Shown in pieces: positions 1-13,600 of a stretch of DNA of 64,000 nt. This stretch comes from Nemertoderma westbladi. Lineage: Eukaryota > Animalia > Xenacoelomorpha. Where the stretch lies: the NCBI GenBank assembly GCA_032718475.1, contig JAUCBJ010005881.1, forward strand, positions 9,860-73,859. Direction: 5' to 3'. Position numbers and translations under genes: made by a program. The number at the start of each line of letters is the position of its first letter. Position 1 is the first letter of the stretch. The notes under the pieces are model-generated. The model saw only the letters and a list, made by a program, of their open reading frames with translations, had not been told where the DNA came from and did no database searches.

Positions 1-592
1 TAACCTAAATGAGTTTATAAAACTAACTCTTAACCTAAATCAGTTTAAAACGCAAACTTTTAAACTAAATCAGATTAAAACGCAAACTTTTAACCTGAAT
101 CAGTTTATAACACTAACTCTTAACCTAAATCAGTTTATAACACAAACTTTTAACCTAAATCAGTTTATAACACTAACTCTTAACCTAAATCAGATTAAAA
201 CGCAAACTTTTAAACTAAATCAGATTAAAACGCAAACTTTTAACCTGAATCAGTTTATAACACTAACTCTTAACCTAAATCAGTTTAAAACGCAAACTTT
301 TAACCTGAATCAGTTTATAACACAAACTCTTAATCTAAATCAGTTTATACACTAAATCTTAACCTAAATCAGATTAAAACGCAAACTTTTAAACTAAATC
401 AGATTAAAACGCAAACTTTTAACCTGAATCAGTTTATAACACTAACTCTTAACCTAAATCAGTTTAAAACGCAAACTTTTAACCTGAATCAGTTTATAAC
501 ACTAACTCTTAACCTAAATCAGATTAAAACGCAAACTTTTAGCCTGAATCAGTTTATAACACTAACTCTTAATCTAAATCAGTTTATACAGT
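1..592. repeat. Minisatellite, ~30-bp unit (TAACCTAAATCAGTTTATAACACTAACTCT and variants), runs off the window start
   Basis: About 20 visible tandem copies with 30-bp period. Confidence 0.95.
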
Positions 593-1463
593 AACACAAG
601 CGTTTTTAACCTAACCTTGTTTATGAACCCTTTTATATGTTGTGACCGAAGTATATATTTAATTTCAGCAAAATTGTCGAACATTTTTTCTTTAAATAAG
701 TCAAACATTTCACAATATAAGTGGGCGAATAATTATTACGTGGTAAATCTATATATAAATCTAAACTATACAATATACAGTAATAATAATTAATAGTTAT
801 TGTTAATTAATAAATATATTGGTAATTCAGTAAGTGAAAGTATTACAAATGAGTGCAAATAATAAATATACCAACCTGTAACCAACATTAAAACATTTTG
901 GATTTTTATATTCCACGAATTTATGAAATTAATATGATAAACGATAAACCCCACCACCACCGCCCACGTAAATAAATGACACGGATCTGATACACTGCGC
1001 TATCCCAACAGCAAACCGTATAGGGTGAGTTAAAGTAATTAAGAGACCTGCCAATAAGGCAGTAGCTGCGAGCGCAACCAACGCAATTACGGGCTGCTAC
1101 GCAACACAGTTAGCAATCAGAATGGAATACAGAATCGATTATATTACTCCTGTTGTCAGGCAACCAAACAGATTGTATTGTTTCTCATGAACAATGACAC
1201 ATCGCTTTTATAATAGGAGAGAATGGCAGCACAGCTGTACCAGATAGAATTCCATATCGCTACTGTATTACTGTTACTATTATTATAACTACCCGCTTTG
1301 TCACGCTCTATCGCAAACAGCTAATGAAGATATGTATTTTCCCTGTCACTGAACTTCTTGTGCAACCAGCATGGATCACTGCACCGTTATTCCAGTCACT
1401 AAACTTATTGTCACCAACACGGCTGCTCTGCGTCCAAATACCTGGCACCATGTACAGTACAGT

Positions 1464-2009
1464 GCAGTACCTGTCACCAATACTTTGTTCCAAGGGGTGC
1501 GTGTAGCAGTACCTGTCACCAATACTTTGTTCCAAGGGGTGCGTGTAGCAGTACCTGTCACCAATACTTTGTTCCAAGGGGTGCGTGTAGCAGTACCTGT
1601 CACCAATACTTTGTTCCAATGGGTGCGTGTAGCAGTACCTGTCACCAATACTTTGTTCCAAGGGGTGCATGTAGCAGTACCTGTCACCAATACTTTGTTC
1701 CAAGGGGTGCGTGTAGCAGTACCTGTCACCAATACTTTGTTCCAAGGGGTGCGTGTAGCAGTACCTGCCACCAATACTTTGTTCCAAGGGGTGCGTGTAG
1801 CAGTACCTGTCACCAATACTTTGTTCCAAGGGGTGCGTGTAGCAGTACCTGTCACCAATACTTTGTTCCAAGGGGTGCGTGTAGCAGTACCTGTCACCAA
1901 TACTTTGTTCCAAGGGGTGCGTGTAGCAGTACCTGTCACCAATACTTTGTTCCAAGGGGTGCGTGTAGCAGTACCTGTCACCAATACTTTGTTCCAAGGG
2001 GTGCGTGTA
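1464..2009. repeat. Minisatellite, 42-bp unit x13 (GCAGTACCTGTCACCAATACTTTGTTCCAAGGGGTGCGTGTA)
   Basis: Near-identical tandem copies; explains the 14-aa periodic ORFs in the ORF track. Confidence 0.97.
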
Positions 2010-2335
2010 TTCAATTTCAATACGAACTTCAAAACTTACCCAATACCGGTACTTCCAGCATCATCCTTCTTTCTAAACTGAAACATTGTGAGATTACTAT
2101 AAAGCAACCATAGCAACACTTCAGTCTTCCAATGGTGAGGCAGAAAGGTATCTGGCTAGGTCGTATCCATAGTGATTTGTCGCAATATATTAAGATTGAT
2201 TGATTCTGTGCAATCAAGTATTATAAACTATAGCCTACTAATGTAAAAATTTAATATAAACTTAATTTTCCTAACTAAATTCTGTGAAAACTCTTTTAAA
2301 TTATTGTACTTCTAGTGCAGTATTAGTAATTAAGT

Positions 2336-2688
2336 AACCATAAATTCATTTATGGTTGACCAAAAATTAATTTATGGTCGACCAAAAATTATTATTTTAT
2401 GGTCGACCATAAATTAATTCCTGGTAGTTTGAATTTCCCGGTAACTTGTAGGTCGAGATTTTGACTGGCTATTCATTGGTTAGGGTAGTGGGAAACCATC
2501 CAATTGCACGTTTATTTGAATGTAATTACTTAAAGTAACCAATGAATGGCCTGTCCAAATCTCGCCGTACAAGGTACCGGGAAATTCAAACTTCCAGAAA
2601 TTAATTTAAGGTCGACCATAAATTAATAATTTTTCGTCGACCATAAATTAATTTTTCGTCGACCATAAATTAATTTTTGGTCGACCAT
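2336..2688. mobile_element. Foldback/MITE-like inverted-repeat element
   Basis: Arms with GGTCGACCATAAATTAAT subrepeats; TTTGAATTTCCCGGTA...CATTGGTT is mirrored by AACCAATG...TACCGGGAAATTCAAA; no TSD resolved. Confidence 0.6.
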
Positions 2689-3640
2689 ATGAAACTTTCG
2701 TGTGTTAAAAAGAAGTGGAAGTGGAAAGGCAGAATTTCTCCAACAAAAAATGGGGGGGGGGGGGGGGGGGGGAGTGCAGACTCAAAATTAACACATCTAA
2801 TCAAAATTAATGAAATCATTTATTTGTATTATTACTGGAGGTCACTTTAGTGTGTATATCTGTCTGTCTGTTTGTCTCTTGCTCTGTCTGTGTGTTTGTC
2901 TGTCAAAAATTGAGAAATCAATAAAATTAACAAAACAATCATAAATTTATGGTTTTTTTTACCTATTATTGTATATTTATTTAACATATGTATATATTTG
3001 TAAAAATAATTGAAAATAACCTTTGGTAATTGAAACCCAATTATCTAATAATGAGATTATTGATTTATATTTAATTATTTTATTTTATTTATTTTATTTT
3101 ATTTATTTAATTTATATAAGTGCTGAGCTGCTAACAGGTATCCAGCGGGGCCTGGCGAATTTATTTAAAAATCTTCCTCACAAGAAGGGGGGGGGGGGGG
3201 GGGGGGAGATTCTCCAAGGTGGGTGCCTTGGCCCCCTCCCCCCCCCCCCCCCCCCAACCTGGCTACGCCATTGTTATAATGTCTACATCAATATCAATTG
3301 AATGTTCGACTGCAGCTATGTGATAATAAAGCCTTCATCTAAAGTTATAATATGCAATAAAATCTCTCTGTAACGCCGTTAAAATTTAAAATTTTCGACT
3401 ACAATAAAAATACGATTACTTTTGCTACAAACAGTTTACAACGCACTACAGTAGTGCTGTAGATCGCATCAATAATCCCTATGGCCAGCAATTCAACTTC
3501 TTATGTAACGGTACTGACTGAACTGTACAATCGATACAACACTCGCAATGTTATATAACTCTTTGGGAATGAATCCAATGCAACTACGGAGAGATATGTA
3601 ACAAGGGATTATTAGGAATTATATAGAACGAGTTGGGATT

Positions 3641-4930
3641 GTTAACTAAACGTTTACATAACGGCTGTGAGATAGTTAACTAAACGTTTACATAACGGCA
3701 GTGAGATAGTTAACTAAACGTTTACATAACGGCAGTGAGATAGTTAACTAAACGTTTACATAACGGCAGTGCGATAGTTAACTAAACGGTTACATAACGG
3801 CTGTGAGATAGTTAACTAATCGGTTACATAACGGCTGTGAGATAGTTAACTAAACGTTTACATAACGGCTGTGAGATAGTTAACTAAACGTTTACATTAC
3901 GGGAGTGAGATAGTTAACTAAACGGTTACATAACGGCTGTGAGATAGTTAACTAATCGTTTACATAACGGCTGTGAGATAGTTAACTAAACGTTTACATA
4001 ACGGCAGTGAGATAGTTAACTAAACGGTTACATAACGGCTGTGAGATAGTTAACTAAACGTTTACATAACGGCTGTGAGATAGTTAACTAAACGATTAAA
4101 TAACGGCTGTGAGATAGTTAACTAAACGGTTACATAACGGCTGTGAGATAGTTAACTAAACGTTTACATAACGGCTGTGAGATAGTTAAGTAAACGGTTA
4201 CATAACGGCTGTGAGATAGTCAACTAAACGTTTACATAACGGCTGTGAGATAGTTAACTAAACGGTTACATAACGGCTGTGAGATAGTCAACTAAACGTT
4301 TACATAACGGCTGTGAGATAGTCAACTAAACGTTTACATAACGGCTGTGAGATAGTTAACTAAACGGTTACATAACGGCTGTGAGATAGTTAACTAAACG
4401 TTTACATAACGGCTGTGAGATAGTTAACTAAACGTTTACATAACGGCTGTGAGATAGATAACTAAACGTTTACATAACGGCTGTGAGATAGTTAAATAAA
4501 CGTTTACATAACAGCTGTGAGATAGTTAACTAAACGTTTACATAACGGCTGTGAGATAGTAACTAACCGTTTACATAACGGCTGTGAGATAGTTAACTAA
4601 ACGTTTACATAACGGCTGTGGGATAGTTAACTAAACGTTTACATAACGGCTGTGGGATAGTTAAATAAACGTTTACATAACGGCTGTGAGATAGTTAACT
4701 AAACGTTTACATAACGGCTGTGGGATAGTTAACTAAACGTTTACATAACGGCTGTGGGATAGTTAACTAAACGTTTACATAACGGCTGTGGGATAGTTAA
4801 CTAAAGGTTTACATAACGGCTGTGAGATAGATAACTAAACGTTTACAAAACGGCTGTGGGATAGTTAACTAAACGTTTACATAACGGCTGTGGGATAGTT
4901 AACTAAACGTTTACATAACGGCTGTGAGAT
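3641..4930. repeat. Satellite, 34-bp unit (GTTAACTAAACGTTTACATAACGGCTGTGAGATA), left arm
   Basis: About 38 tandem copies ending at the GAGAT TSD of element 1. Confidence 0.97.
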
Positions 4931-5059
4931 TATAGAATTATATTCTCTAAATGCCGTGGATTTTCAAAATTTTTATTTTATTCGAATTAACTTTGCTAAA
5001 GATTACATTAAGTCCTCATTTGTATTTGCTATATCTATTTGTACGATGATTAGTCAAGT

Positions 5060-5144
5060 GGTTCAGTAGCTCAGTCGGTAGAGCGTTGGAAATTATATGT
5101 AGTGTGTATTGATTTCGAATCCTAGTAAGTGCGAATTATTTTTT
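5060..5144 (+). promoter_or_regulatory. tRNA-derived Pol III type-2 promoter-like segment in the 5' LTR (B box degenerate in this copy)
   Basis: A box/D-arm TAGCTCAGTCGGTAGAGC at 5067; GATTTCGAATCC at 5111; T6 run at 5139-5144. Confidence 0.7.
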
Positions 5145-5211
5145 GTGCAGAATTTCAACTCATTTAAATTGGCCGCTACAAATTAATTGCATTTACTCGA
5201 AGTAAGGTTAA

Positions 5212-5465
5212 CCAATGAGACTGTAGTTATTAGATTGTAACCAATGTCGTACGAGTTATATATTTGCTGGACCAATAGCTATCTTTAAAAACCTGTTAGA
5301 ACTCATAGAACAATCGAGAATTTTCTCGATTGATTGTGGCACAAATTTGGTATAAAAGGTGCGATTTCGTTCATTAGTTATCTCTCTCTATCTTTCTTTC
5401 TCAGTTACATTATTTCAGATTACATTGTTTATTGTATAATAGTTATCGTTTGATTTTGTAATAAA
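5212..5465 (+). promoter_or_regulatory. Candidate Pol II promoter and poly(A) signal of LTR 1
   Basis: CCAAT at 5212, 5241 and 5272 (about 30-bp spacing), TATAAAA at 5351, AATAAA at 5460. Confidence 0.55.
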
Positions 5466-7638
5466 AGTTAGAAATACTTGTCACATCTGCCCTTTTCTAT
5501 CTGTTTTATCATGCTTCACCACGGTGAACCCAACTGAGGGACAGGATGGCTGGCTAGACATCGGGCCGCAGCAATGAACGGGAACATCAAAGGAATGTAG
5601 ACAGGAATCAGGAATGATATCATCTTAGTTATTCGCCCATCGCCTGAAAGGTTAGACAGCGTTCGATGCCTTGCTACCTAAGTATAAGACCAAAGATCGA
5701 AGGTAGAGGTAGTGACACGCTGTACGCCTAAAATTACATCTAGGGACTGTACTGTCTTAATTCAGGAAAAAACCGCAGTAGACCTTCATATTCCTACGGG
5801 GGGGGAGAGGAGAGAGCTCAGGCAGAGATACTAGTACGCAGATAGGACGTAGGCACACCGGTACAAGGCATACACATTGGTAGGGTGCAGCAAACTGTAC
5901 GCCTAACTCTTGCTAAGTACAGGTGCGTCTGCGACTATTTGTAGTACAATGGTGTCCATTGCATCAGAACTTGTCGGCCAGGAGAGTTGCTGCGTTTCAC
6001 CTGAATTAGGATTGTACTGTTCAGGCGGTAGGGCAGTTTACGACTAGGCGCAAATAAATTGAGGCTAATTAGGGATACTAACATCTACCGTGTCCCCGCC
6101 GACATCCTGATAGGAAGTTACCAAGCCCACCTAGGTAACCAAAATTCTAGATAAGAACGCCAGGCTAGCTATTAGTAACCGTACGCCTACTGTAGTAAAC
6201 TAACACATTTCTTCTTAGTATTAGGGACCTGGTAAATTAAAATTGCCGAATTCTGGGCGTAGTATTAATCTCATGCCAGAATTTGAGTCCTGGAAATACG
6301 CAAGAGGGGAAGGAGCCTTATCATTCGTGAGTATTGGCCCTACAAGTTACAAAATTAGAATATTCGTAAAATGCACACCGTACCCAGTAATTATATATGT
6401 GAAGGAGCAAAACTGATCTTGACTGTTCAGAATTAACACACGCGCGTTAAAAATTATTTACACCTCAAAATATATAAAATTAACTTTTGTCCGTACTGCG
6501 CTTTGCCCGCTAGTTAGACATCTCCAAATCTCTGCACCTAGCTAGCGTCTCTTTCGCCCAACCATATAAATCACACCGCGGCAAAGTATACGAGCCCTTT
6601 AGTCCGTCAGCGAGTCAGCCTGATTTTAGGATTCGCTGCGCGGGATTTTGTTTTATCGAAGTTTGTCTGTTCGTAGACTGTTTTCTGCCTTACCGGTTAT
6701 AAGGGACCAATACTGCAATATATTCGCTTACTTGGAGTTTACTGTTTTGGTGAGAAGGTCGGATTTATGATTTGATTCACAAACTTTACAGTAAGATATT
6801 GCAGGTATTGTTACTGTCTCTTCGAATTAGTAGGAATGTGTTTTACTGAACTACAGTTCGGTAGGACTAAAGTTATTTGAAAATTTTGTATTTTGAGGTA
6901 AAAGTTTATATTTGATTAGCTAAGTGCTAATTTTTTGAAATAAAATTTTGATTTGAACCGCGTGTAAAATTTTTGGAATTGAATACCGGTGTTTAAAAGG
7001 ATTTAAATACCATATTGTACCGGTACAAAATTTTCGTAAAAGTAAAACCTAACTCTTTTGTTTTTCAGGATTCAGAACTCATTTCTAGACTGTAACGAGA
7101 GCAAGACCGTGTTTAGCAAGTTTGGGAGATAGATAACCCAACAACTTTGGTTGGGAAAATCGCACTTCGTCCGCAACGCTGGAAACGGAAAGGTTCACGT
7201 CCGGTTTGTATCTGGGAATCTGTTTTTCTGGAGAATTATTGGAGTGGGTGATTTCGAAAAGTTGCATAAATAAGTTAGGCATTACAGTATTAGTTAAAAT
7301 TTATTGTGGGTTCCACTGTCTCAAGTATTTATGCATTCCGTACGATTTCTTTGTTCATTGCTGAATTAGTCCGTATTATTGTATTTAATTTACCTTTTGA
7401 TAACGCATATCGTTATCCGATTTATTTGTTATAAAATTGGCCGCTAGGCTAATTTTATTATATACTTATTCCGTGACATTTATTTGCTGTAAAATTGGCC
7501 GTTTAGGCTAATTTTATCCATCTGCTATAAAATCGGCCGGTAGGCTAATTTTATATGACTGTAATTAGTACTGTTTAAATATAAATACGGTAAATTTGAT
7601 ACTTTGACACTCACTTTACTTGACTTACAACTACTGAA

Positions 7639-10600
7639 ATGAGTGACAAACAAGACTATACGAAGAATACACCTACCGACTATGACTCATGTGATGCGGA
7701 TAAGTCAGCAGCGGAAGAACTACAAGGGAAGACTCGCGAGCCTACCGAACCTACACCGTGTGCGTCACCAGTACATCCAACGGGAGTACCGGATGCCGTA
7801 GTACGAGGCGACGGCAGGACCGAGGACTTTCTAACTGTTCCGCAACCTAGATATAGGGAAACGGACATGGTAAGTTCAGTAGGAAGCCAGGAGAGCGTGG
7901 TTAGAAGCGTCGGCGGATACATGGCGCATATTACCAGGAGTATTGGAGAAGGCCAACGCATATTAGACGAGTTGACCGCTCCGATGTCTCGGTTTGAGTT
8001 CTACACCCTCCAGGTTAGAGTACAAAGTAGAGTACATAAGTCCGTAGATAACCTTATCAGTCTACAAGATCTAGCTAGACAGAGACAGGATATGGATACT
8101 CAACTTAGAATCCTCGAGAAACTAATGATCGCTAGAGAGAAACTGATTCAGTTTAAGTCGACAATTAGGCAGATACAACAGGAACAAGCGGACCAGTTGT
8201 TAGGTGAGTCAGTTTCGGACGAATTATTGCAACCCGAGGAAGAACAGGAACTGTATAGGCTGGATGGACAATTGAAACACCTGACGGATCACTTACGCAT
8301 GTGCGGCGAGGACGTCGGAGATTGGGAAACCGTGCCGGAGGCTACGAGGGAAACTTCACTCGCACAAATCGAACCGGCACCGGGAACACTAGATCAATCA
8401 CTGGTGAGTATTCGCAGCGAAATTGGCGAGGTGAGTATGGCTACGTCAGAAATTGCTCGACAACAGCAGATCTACAGACAACAACAGGAGTGGGAGGAAC
8501 AAACTCAATTGCTAATGGCACAAGCAGCAGCAGAAGAAGAGAAACTACGCGTTGCGAATGTTGCGAGAATCTCTCATCTGCAAGAACAAGCTGAGTTGGA
8601 AGCAGCCGAAATGGAAAGGTTAGAGTTGGACATTGCACAACAAGCGGCAGCGGCCGAGTTAGCGCAACGAACGGCAGCGGCCGAGTTAGAGCGACAAGCG
8701 GCAGCGGCAGCGGCAGTGGCAGCGTCCGAGTTAGAGCGACAAGGGTTAGCTTCAGAAGTGAGAACCGAAATGAAAAAACGGCAAGTAAAGGCTCAGTCAG
8801 CTATACGACAAGCGGAGTTCGAGGCGCAACAACAACAAACGGAACAACGCGAGAAAGAAGTTAAACTTCGTTTCGAACTTGAGAAGAAGGCGAGAGAATT
8901 AGCCAACGCCAAGGAAGATTTGGATCTACAAGCCCGCGACCGATCGATGAGATCTCGAGACGGACATGATTTAGACCAGATGGAGGTAAGGCACCGCCAA
9001 ATCCAGGAACGAATGAAGGAAGGTTCGATAGGAGCACCTGGACGGGAACGACAATTGGTTAAAGACTTATGTCAAAGATTCCCTCAAGTAACTCCTATGT
9101 TTGCACCAGTTACGACTAAGGAACCTGTTTTGATTGCTGGTAGTAGTAATATTTCTCCTATCCATGGTGCGACAGAACACAGGTTTGTTATTCCGGACAA
9201 GTTTACACCGCCAAGAGCAACGTCATCGCCTATTCCGAAAGTCAAGGTAAGTAACCCACCGATTACAGATCGTAGTAGTTTGTTGACCGCACCTGCACTA
9301 CTGACGACTAAACAGGTGAGTCCACCTTCGACACCAAAACCCGCCAGAACATACACGTACCCAATGACTTTTAGGCCTACAAGGCCTTTAGATTCAAACG
9401 CTGTCATTCGACCACCGAACCAGTTTACATCGCAATCTACGACTTCGAGGAAGACTTGTGAGCCTACCGAACAACGGAGACCAGTGGATACGCTACCGTT
9501 CAACCAGTTTACATCGCAATCTACGACTTCGAGGAAGACTTGTGAGCCTACCGAACAACGGAGAACAGTGGACGATGTTCCGAAACGGAATGTTAGAATT
9601 CGAACGACACAACGGACGCGAGCACGTCAGCCACCGTATCCAGGTGACAGTAGTACTTCGAGTGAATCGGATTACCCGAAACGCGAGGTATTTAGAACAG
9701 GAGCGGCTGACGAATATAAACGTGAGCGTTCAGATAACTCCTTTATCGATAATCCTCCACAAAATACACCAACACAAAAGGCGTTACAACCAACGGACGC
9801 AATTAGTACGCAACAACTCGCCGAAATAATGCGCCCAGTTGTAGACAAGTTGGCTCAGATAGAGAAACGTTTAGAAGAAACTCAAACTGATAGTTCGCGA
9901 GGTAACGAGTTCGAACACTCTAGACACCCGAAGCAGCAAAGAAAACAACCCTCGAGAAACACTTCGTATCAAGGAAAAGCGCCAAGACGAGAGAACATCA
10001 ACTCGATTGTCAACCAAGGACGCGAAACTTTGAACGTGGCCGAGGAGATAGCGAAATTCGCCGCCAGACAAGGTTTACCGGTACAACAACCACCGAAGTT
10101 TTCAGGTAACTCGAAACATTGGCACACCTTTGTGGACTACATCGAAACACAAATAGCAGCGTGCGCCTTTACATCGAGGGAGAAATTCAACTACCTGCTA
10201 CAAACGCTGACGGGAGAACCGAAACGTCTAGCGGAGACCTTTGTCGGTGTACCAGATGCCTTCGAACTAGCGTATGATCGCTTAACTTCAATTTACGGTG
10301 GCACGGTGAGTATGGCTAAGTCAGTGATAGATGAACTCTGTAAAGGGGGGGCTATAACAAAACCCGTTGACTTACTAAAATTAGCTGACGAGATTAAGAA
10401 CGCCATTACTACACTACGCTCGATTGGACAACTTGACTACGCGAACACTCCGACAGTTCTATTGAAAATAATAGGAAGATTACACCATCGACTTCGTCGG
10501 GAGTGGCGAAAGATAGAATATCAGCGAGAAGAGAGAGGCGGATTCTTGAAGTTGGAAGACGTCTACTTACTGATATCCAGAGAGGCAGTCGTTGAGACGC

Positions 10601-13600
10601 GTTCGAACTACACGGACCAACATATCGTGGCGGAGGGAATAACATTACCATCCTCGAACCGACAAAAACCCCAAACAACATCCACCAAGACGGTTACTTA
10701 CGCCACATCGACCGACACCCGACAATTTTCGGACAATAATAAGGTATCCGCACCAATTGGAACCAAACAGATCCGACAGCAACTGACCACAGATTTTAGC
10801 GGTTGCCAATATTGTGAACGGCTAGGTAAACGACATACTAGCCATAAACTGAGAGGTTGTCGACTATTCTGCGAATTGAACTCGGAGGAACGACGATTAC
10901 AAATACGACCATTGGACTCTTGTTGGCGGTGTACGCTACATGGACATGTCTGTAAGGACTGCCCAAATACAGACACCTGTCCTTCTTGTGGACGCAACCA
11001 CGACGGCTTGCTACATACAGACAGTCATACGCCGACCAAACGCTTCACCAGGGAACACCCGGAAGCTGCAGCAAGATGCAACACAGCATATAAGGGTCGA
11101 GAGTCGAAAACAACACCGACATTCGTGACGCACATTAGAGATTGTTTCTCGGAACAATCAGGATCGTCAGATGAAGAGTCGGAAGACGAAGACGTTTACT
11201 TTGATACTGGAGACGAACAACCATCGATTGCGCTTCTGACGCCTGATCAACTAAAGGGGTTTAGTATAATACCTGTCAAGATTACTGGCATCAAAGGGAG
11301 CAAGAGGATCTACGCTATCCTGGATTCAGCCTCATCTCATAGCTACGTGGATGAGAAAGTAGCTGATGTTGTGACGGATCTCCGACAAGGTAAGAACGTC
11401 AGTTACACCGTAAGTAGTATGCATGGACAACGTGCAATACCAGTGACACGAGTTAAGTTGAACTTAGACACTCTTCTTCCGAAATCGCAACATAGCGAAA
11501 AGGAGAGGTCTTTGTTACCCTTTAAGGATTTAACCTTTGCGGCCACAAAGGACTTTAGTAACCTACTAGGTCCTGTCCCAGAACAATCCTTGGAGGACCA
11601 TAAGTACTTCAGACACCTTGGTGTACCTGAATGTCCTGTCAACTATAGGTCGGTAGCAATGCTGATCGGGACAGATCAATTCAACCTACATCAAGTGTGG
11701 GAAACCAGACCATCGGCAGTCGTAGCGGGAAACGCATACGCCTGTAGAACGCCGATAGGGTGGTATACTCGAGCGCCTGTGCGCACACTGGATATAAGTG
11801 ACGAGGAAGACGATATACAAAGTACATGTAGTTTATTAACTACAACTTCGACTCATTCCTTTTCACACGACGTAGACTATACTACACTACATTCGACAAA
11901 ACATGACACGACGTGTGTAGCGAGTATGATAAGTCACAAGGAGCAGCTAATCCACCAGGTGAGTTTAGAACTTGGGAAGAAGACGAGTCAGCCAGAGATT
12001 CCATCGACGACAGATGATAACGCCGGAAGACTTGCGAGCCTTTCTACACCAGACATATCGCCAGACACGTTACCAGACGTATCACCAGACGCGTTACTAG
12101 ACGGTCAACCAGACATTTTGCCAGACATATCACAAAATGTTCTACCAGACACTAGTAACATATTGACAAATAGTAAAGCCGCAGTTTCTCTATTGGAGCG
12201 GCCTTCTACAGACAATCAACCAGACACGTTACCAGACGTATCGCCAGACGCGTTACTAGACGGTCAACCAGACGTTTTGCCAGACACGTCACTAGATATT
12301 TCGCCGGATGTTCCGCGAAACATTTTACCAGACATGTCACAAAATGTTCTACCAGACACTAGTAACATATTGACAAATAGTAAAGCCGCAGTTTCTCTAT
12401 TGGAGCGGCCTTCTATTGACAAACAACCAGACGCGTTACTAGACGGTCAACCAGACGTTTTGCCAGACATGTCACTAGATATTTCGCCGGATGTTCCGCG
12501 AAACATTTTACCAGACATGTCACAAAATGTTCTACCAGACACTAGTAACATATTGACAAATAGTAAAGCCGCAGTTTCTCTATTGGAGCGGCCTTGTATT
12601 GACAAACTACCAAATTTGACACACTTGAGCAACAATAAGCACAGTGAAACCTCATGTATTACAGATGTGGGTAGTACCTACGTAAATGTAAATACAGGTG
12701 TTACTTTGCGCTCAAGAGACATACCAAACTTGCAACCTATGGTGAAACCTGGGATTAATATCGGCAGAAAAATAAGTTTACCGAAACCCACTGACCCCAT
12801 AGAGTTCAAACCACCATTAACGATCGACTTACAAAGTACTGACAACCAAGGTAAGAAAACAAGGAAGGACAAATTACTTGTAGACCCGGACGGATCAACA
12901 GTCAACAAGGGAATACTTACCGGCGGACCCGTGGGCCCTTCTAGTAAATCAAAACCTTCCAAATTCTCCATTGACTTACCTGATGACGTCACAAATACTT
13001 ACGTCGACCGCATTGTAAACCTAACAGATTCTTGGACAAACGCTTGCCGAAAATTAGCGTGGATTGTACGTTTTGTACAATACGTTAAAGGCAAACGCGA
13101 CTTTACACGTCGACTTACATTGACTGAGATTGACAGGTGTGAAATTAAATTAATTCGCCATTACCAACTGCGATATTTCGCACGCGAATTCACATCTATA
13201 AATCAAGGTCAACCAATCAAGTCGTCACCAATATTGAGTTGGAGTCCGATAATTTATAATGGCTTAATTTGTCATAAATCTCGGCTTCAAAACATTGACT
13301 TTAACACAAACTTTAGATACCCAATAATAATATCGCAGCATCACGAACTACAACGTTCAATGATACTGGACGCACATTTACATCTGAAACACGCTGGAAG
13401 ACACCACTGTCTTTCCTACTTACATACAAGATTTGTATTAATTAGACCCAGTAAAGCGTTAAGTTCAGTGACACGTACGTGTATTATTTGTAAAAAGGTA
13501 CATTCTAGAATAGGTACCCAAGAAATGAGTGAACTTCCACAAGCACGACTTCAAGCATTCAGACCACCTTTTACAGAGACTGGAATTGACTGCTTTGGTC

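Larger units (their letters stand above)
4931..6829 (+). repeat. 5' LTR of element 1 (1899 bp, TATAG...AATTA)
   Basis: Matches 17513-19410 with about 24 differences counted by eye. Confidence 0.95.

Noticed and set aside
1308-2113. Overlapping ORFs with 14-aa repeats
   Set aside because: Translation of the 42-bp minisatellite; no coding evidence
3641-4930. CRISPR-like array of ~34-bp repeats
   Set aside because: Repeats are contiguous with no unique spacers, no cas genes, eukaryotic context
5058-5068. Pairing of the tRNA-like 5' end (GTGGTTCAGTA) with 6844-6854 as a primer
   Set aside because: An 8-bp exact match at an unconstrained position is expected by chance and does not abut the LTR edge
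5060-5135. Functional tRNA gene
   Set aside because: Only the D-arm and T-loop motif are preserved; acceptor and anticodon stems do not pair
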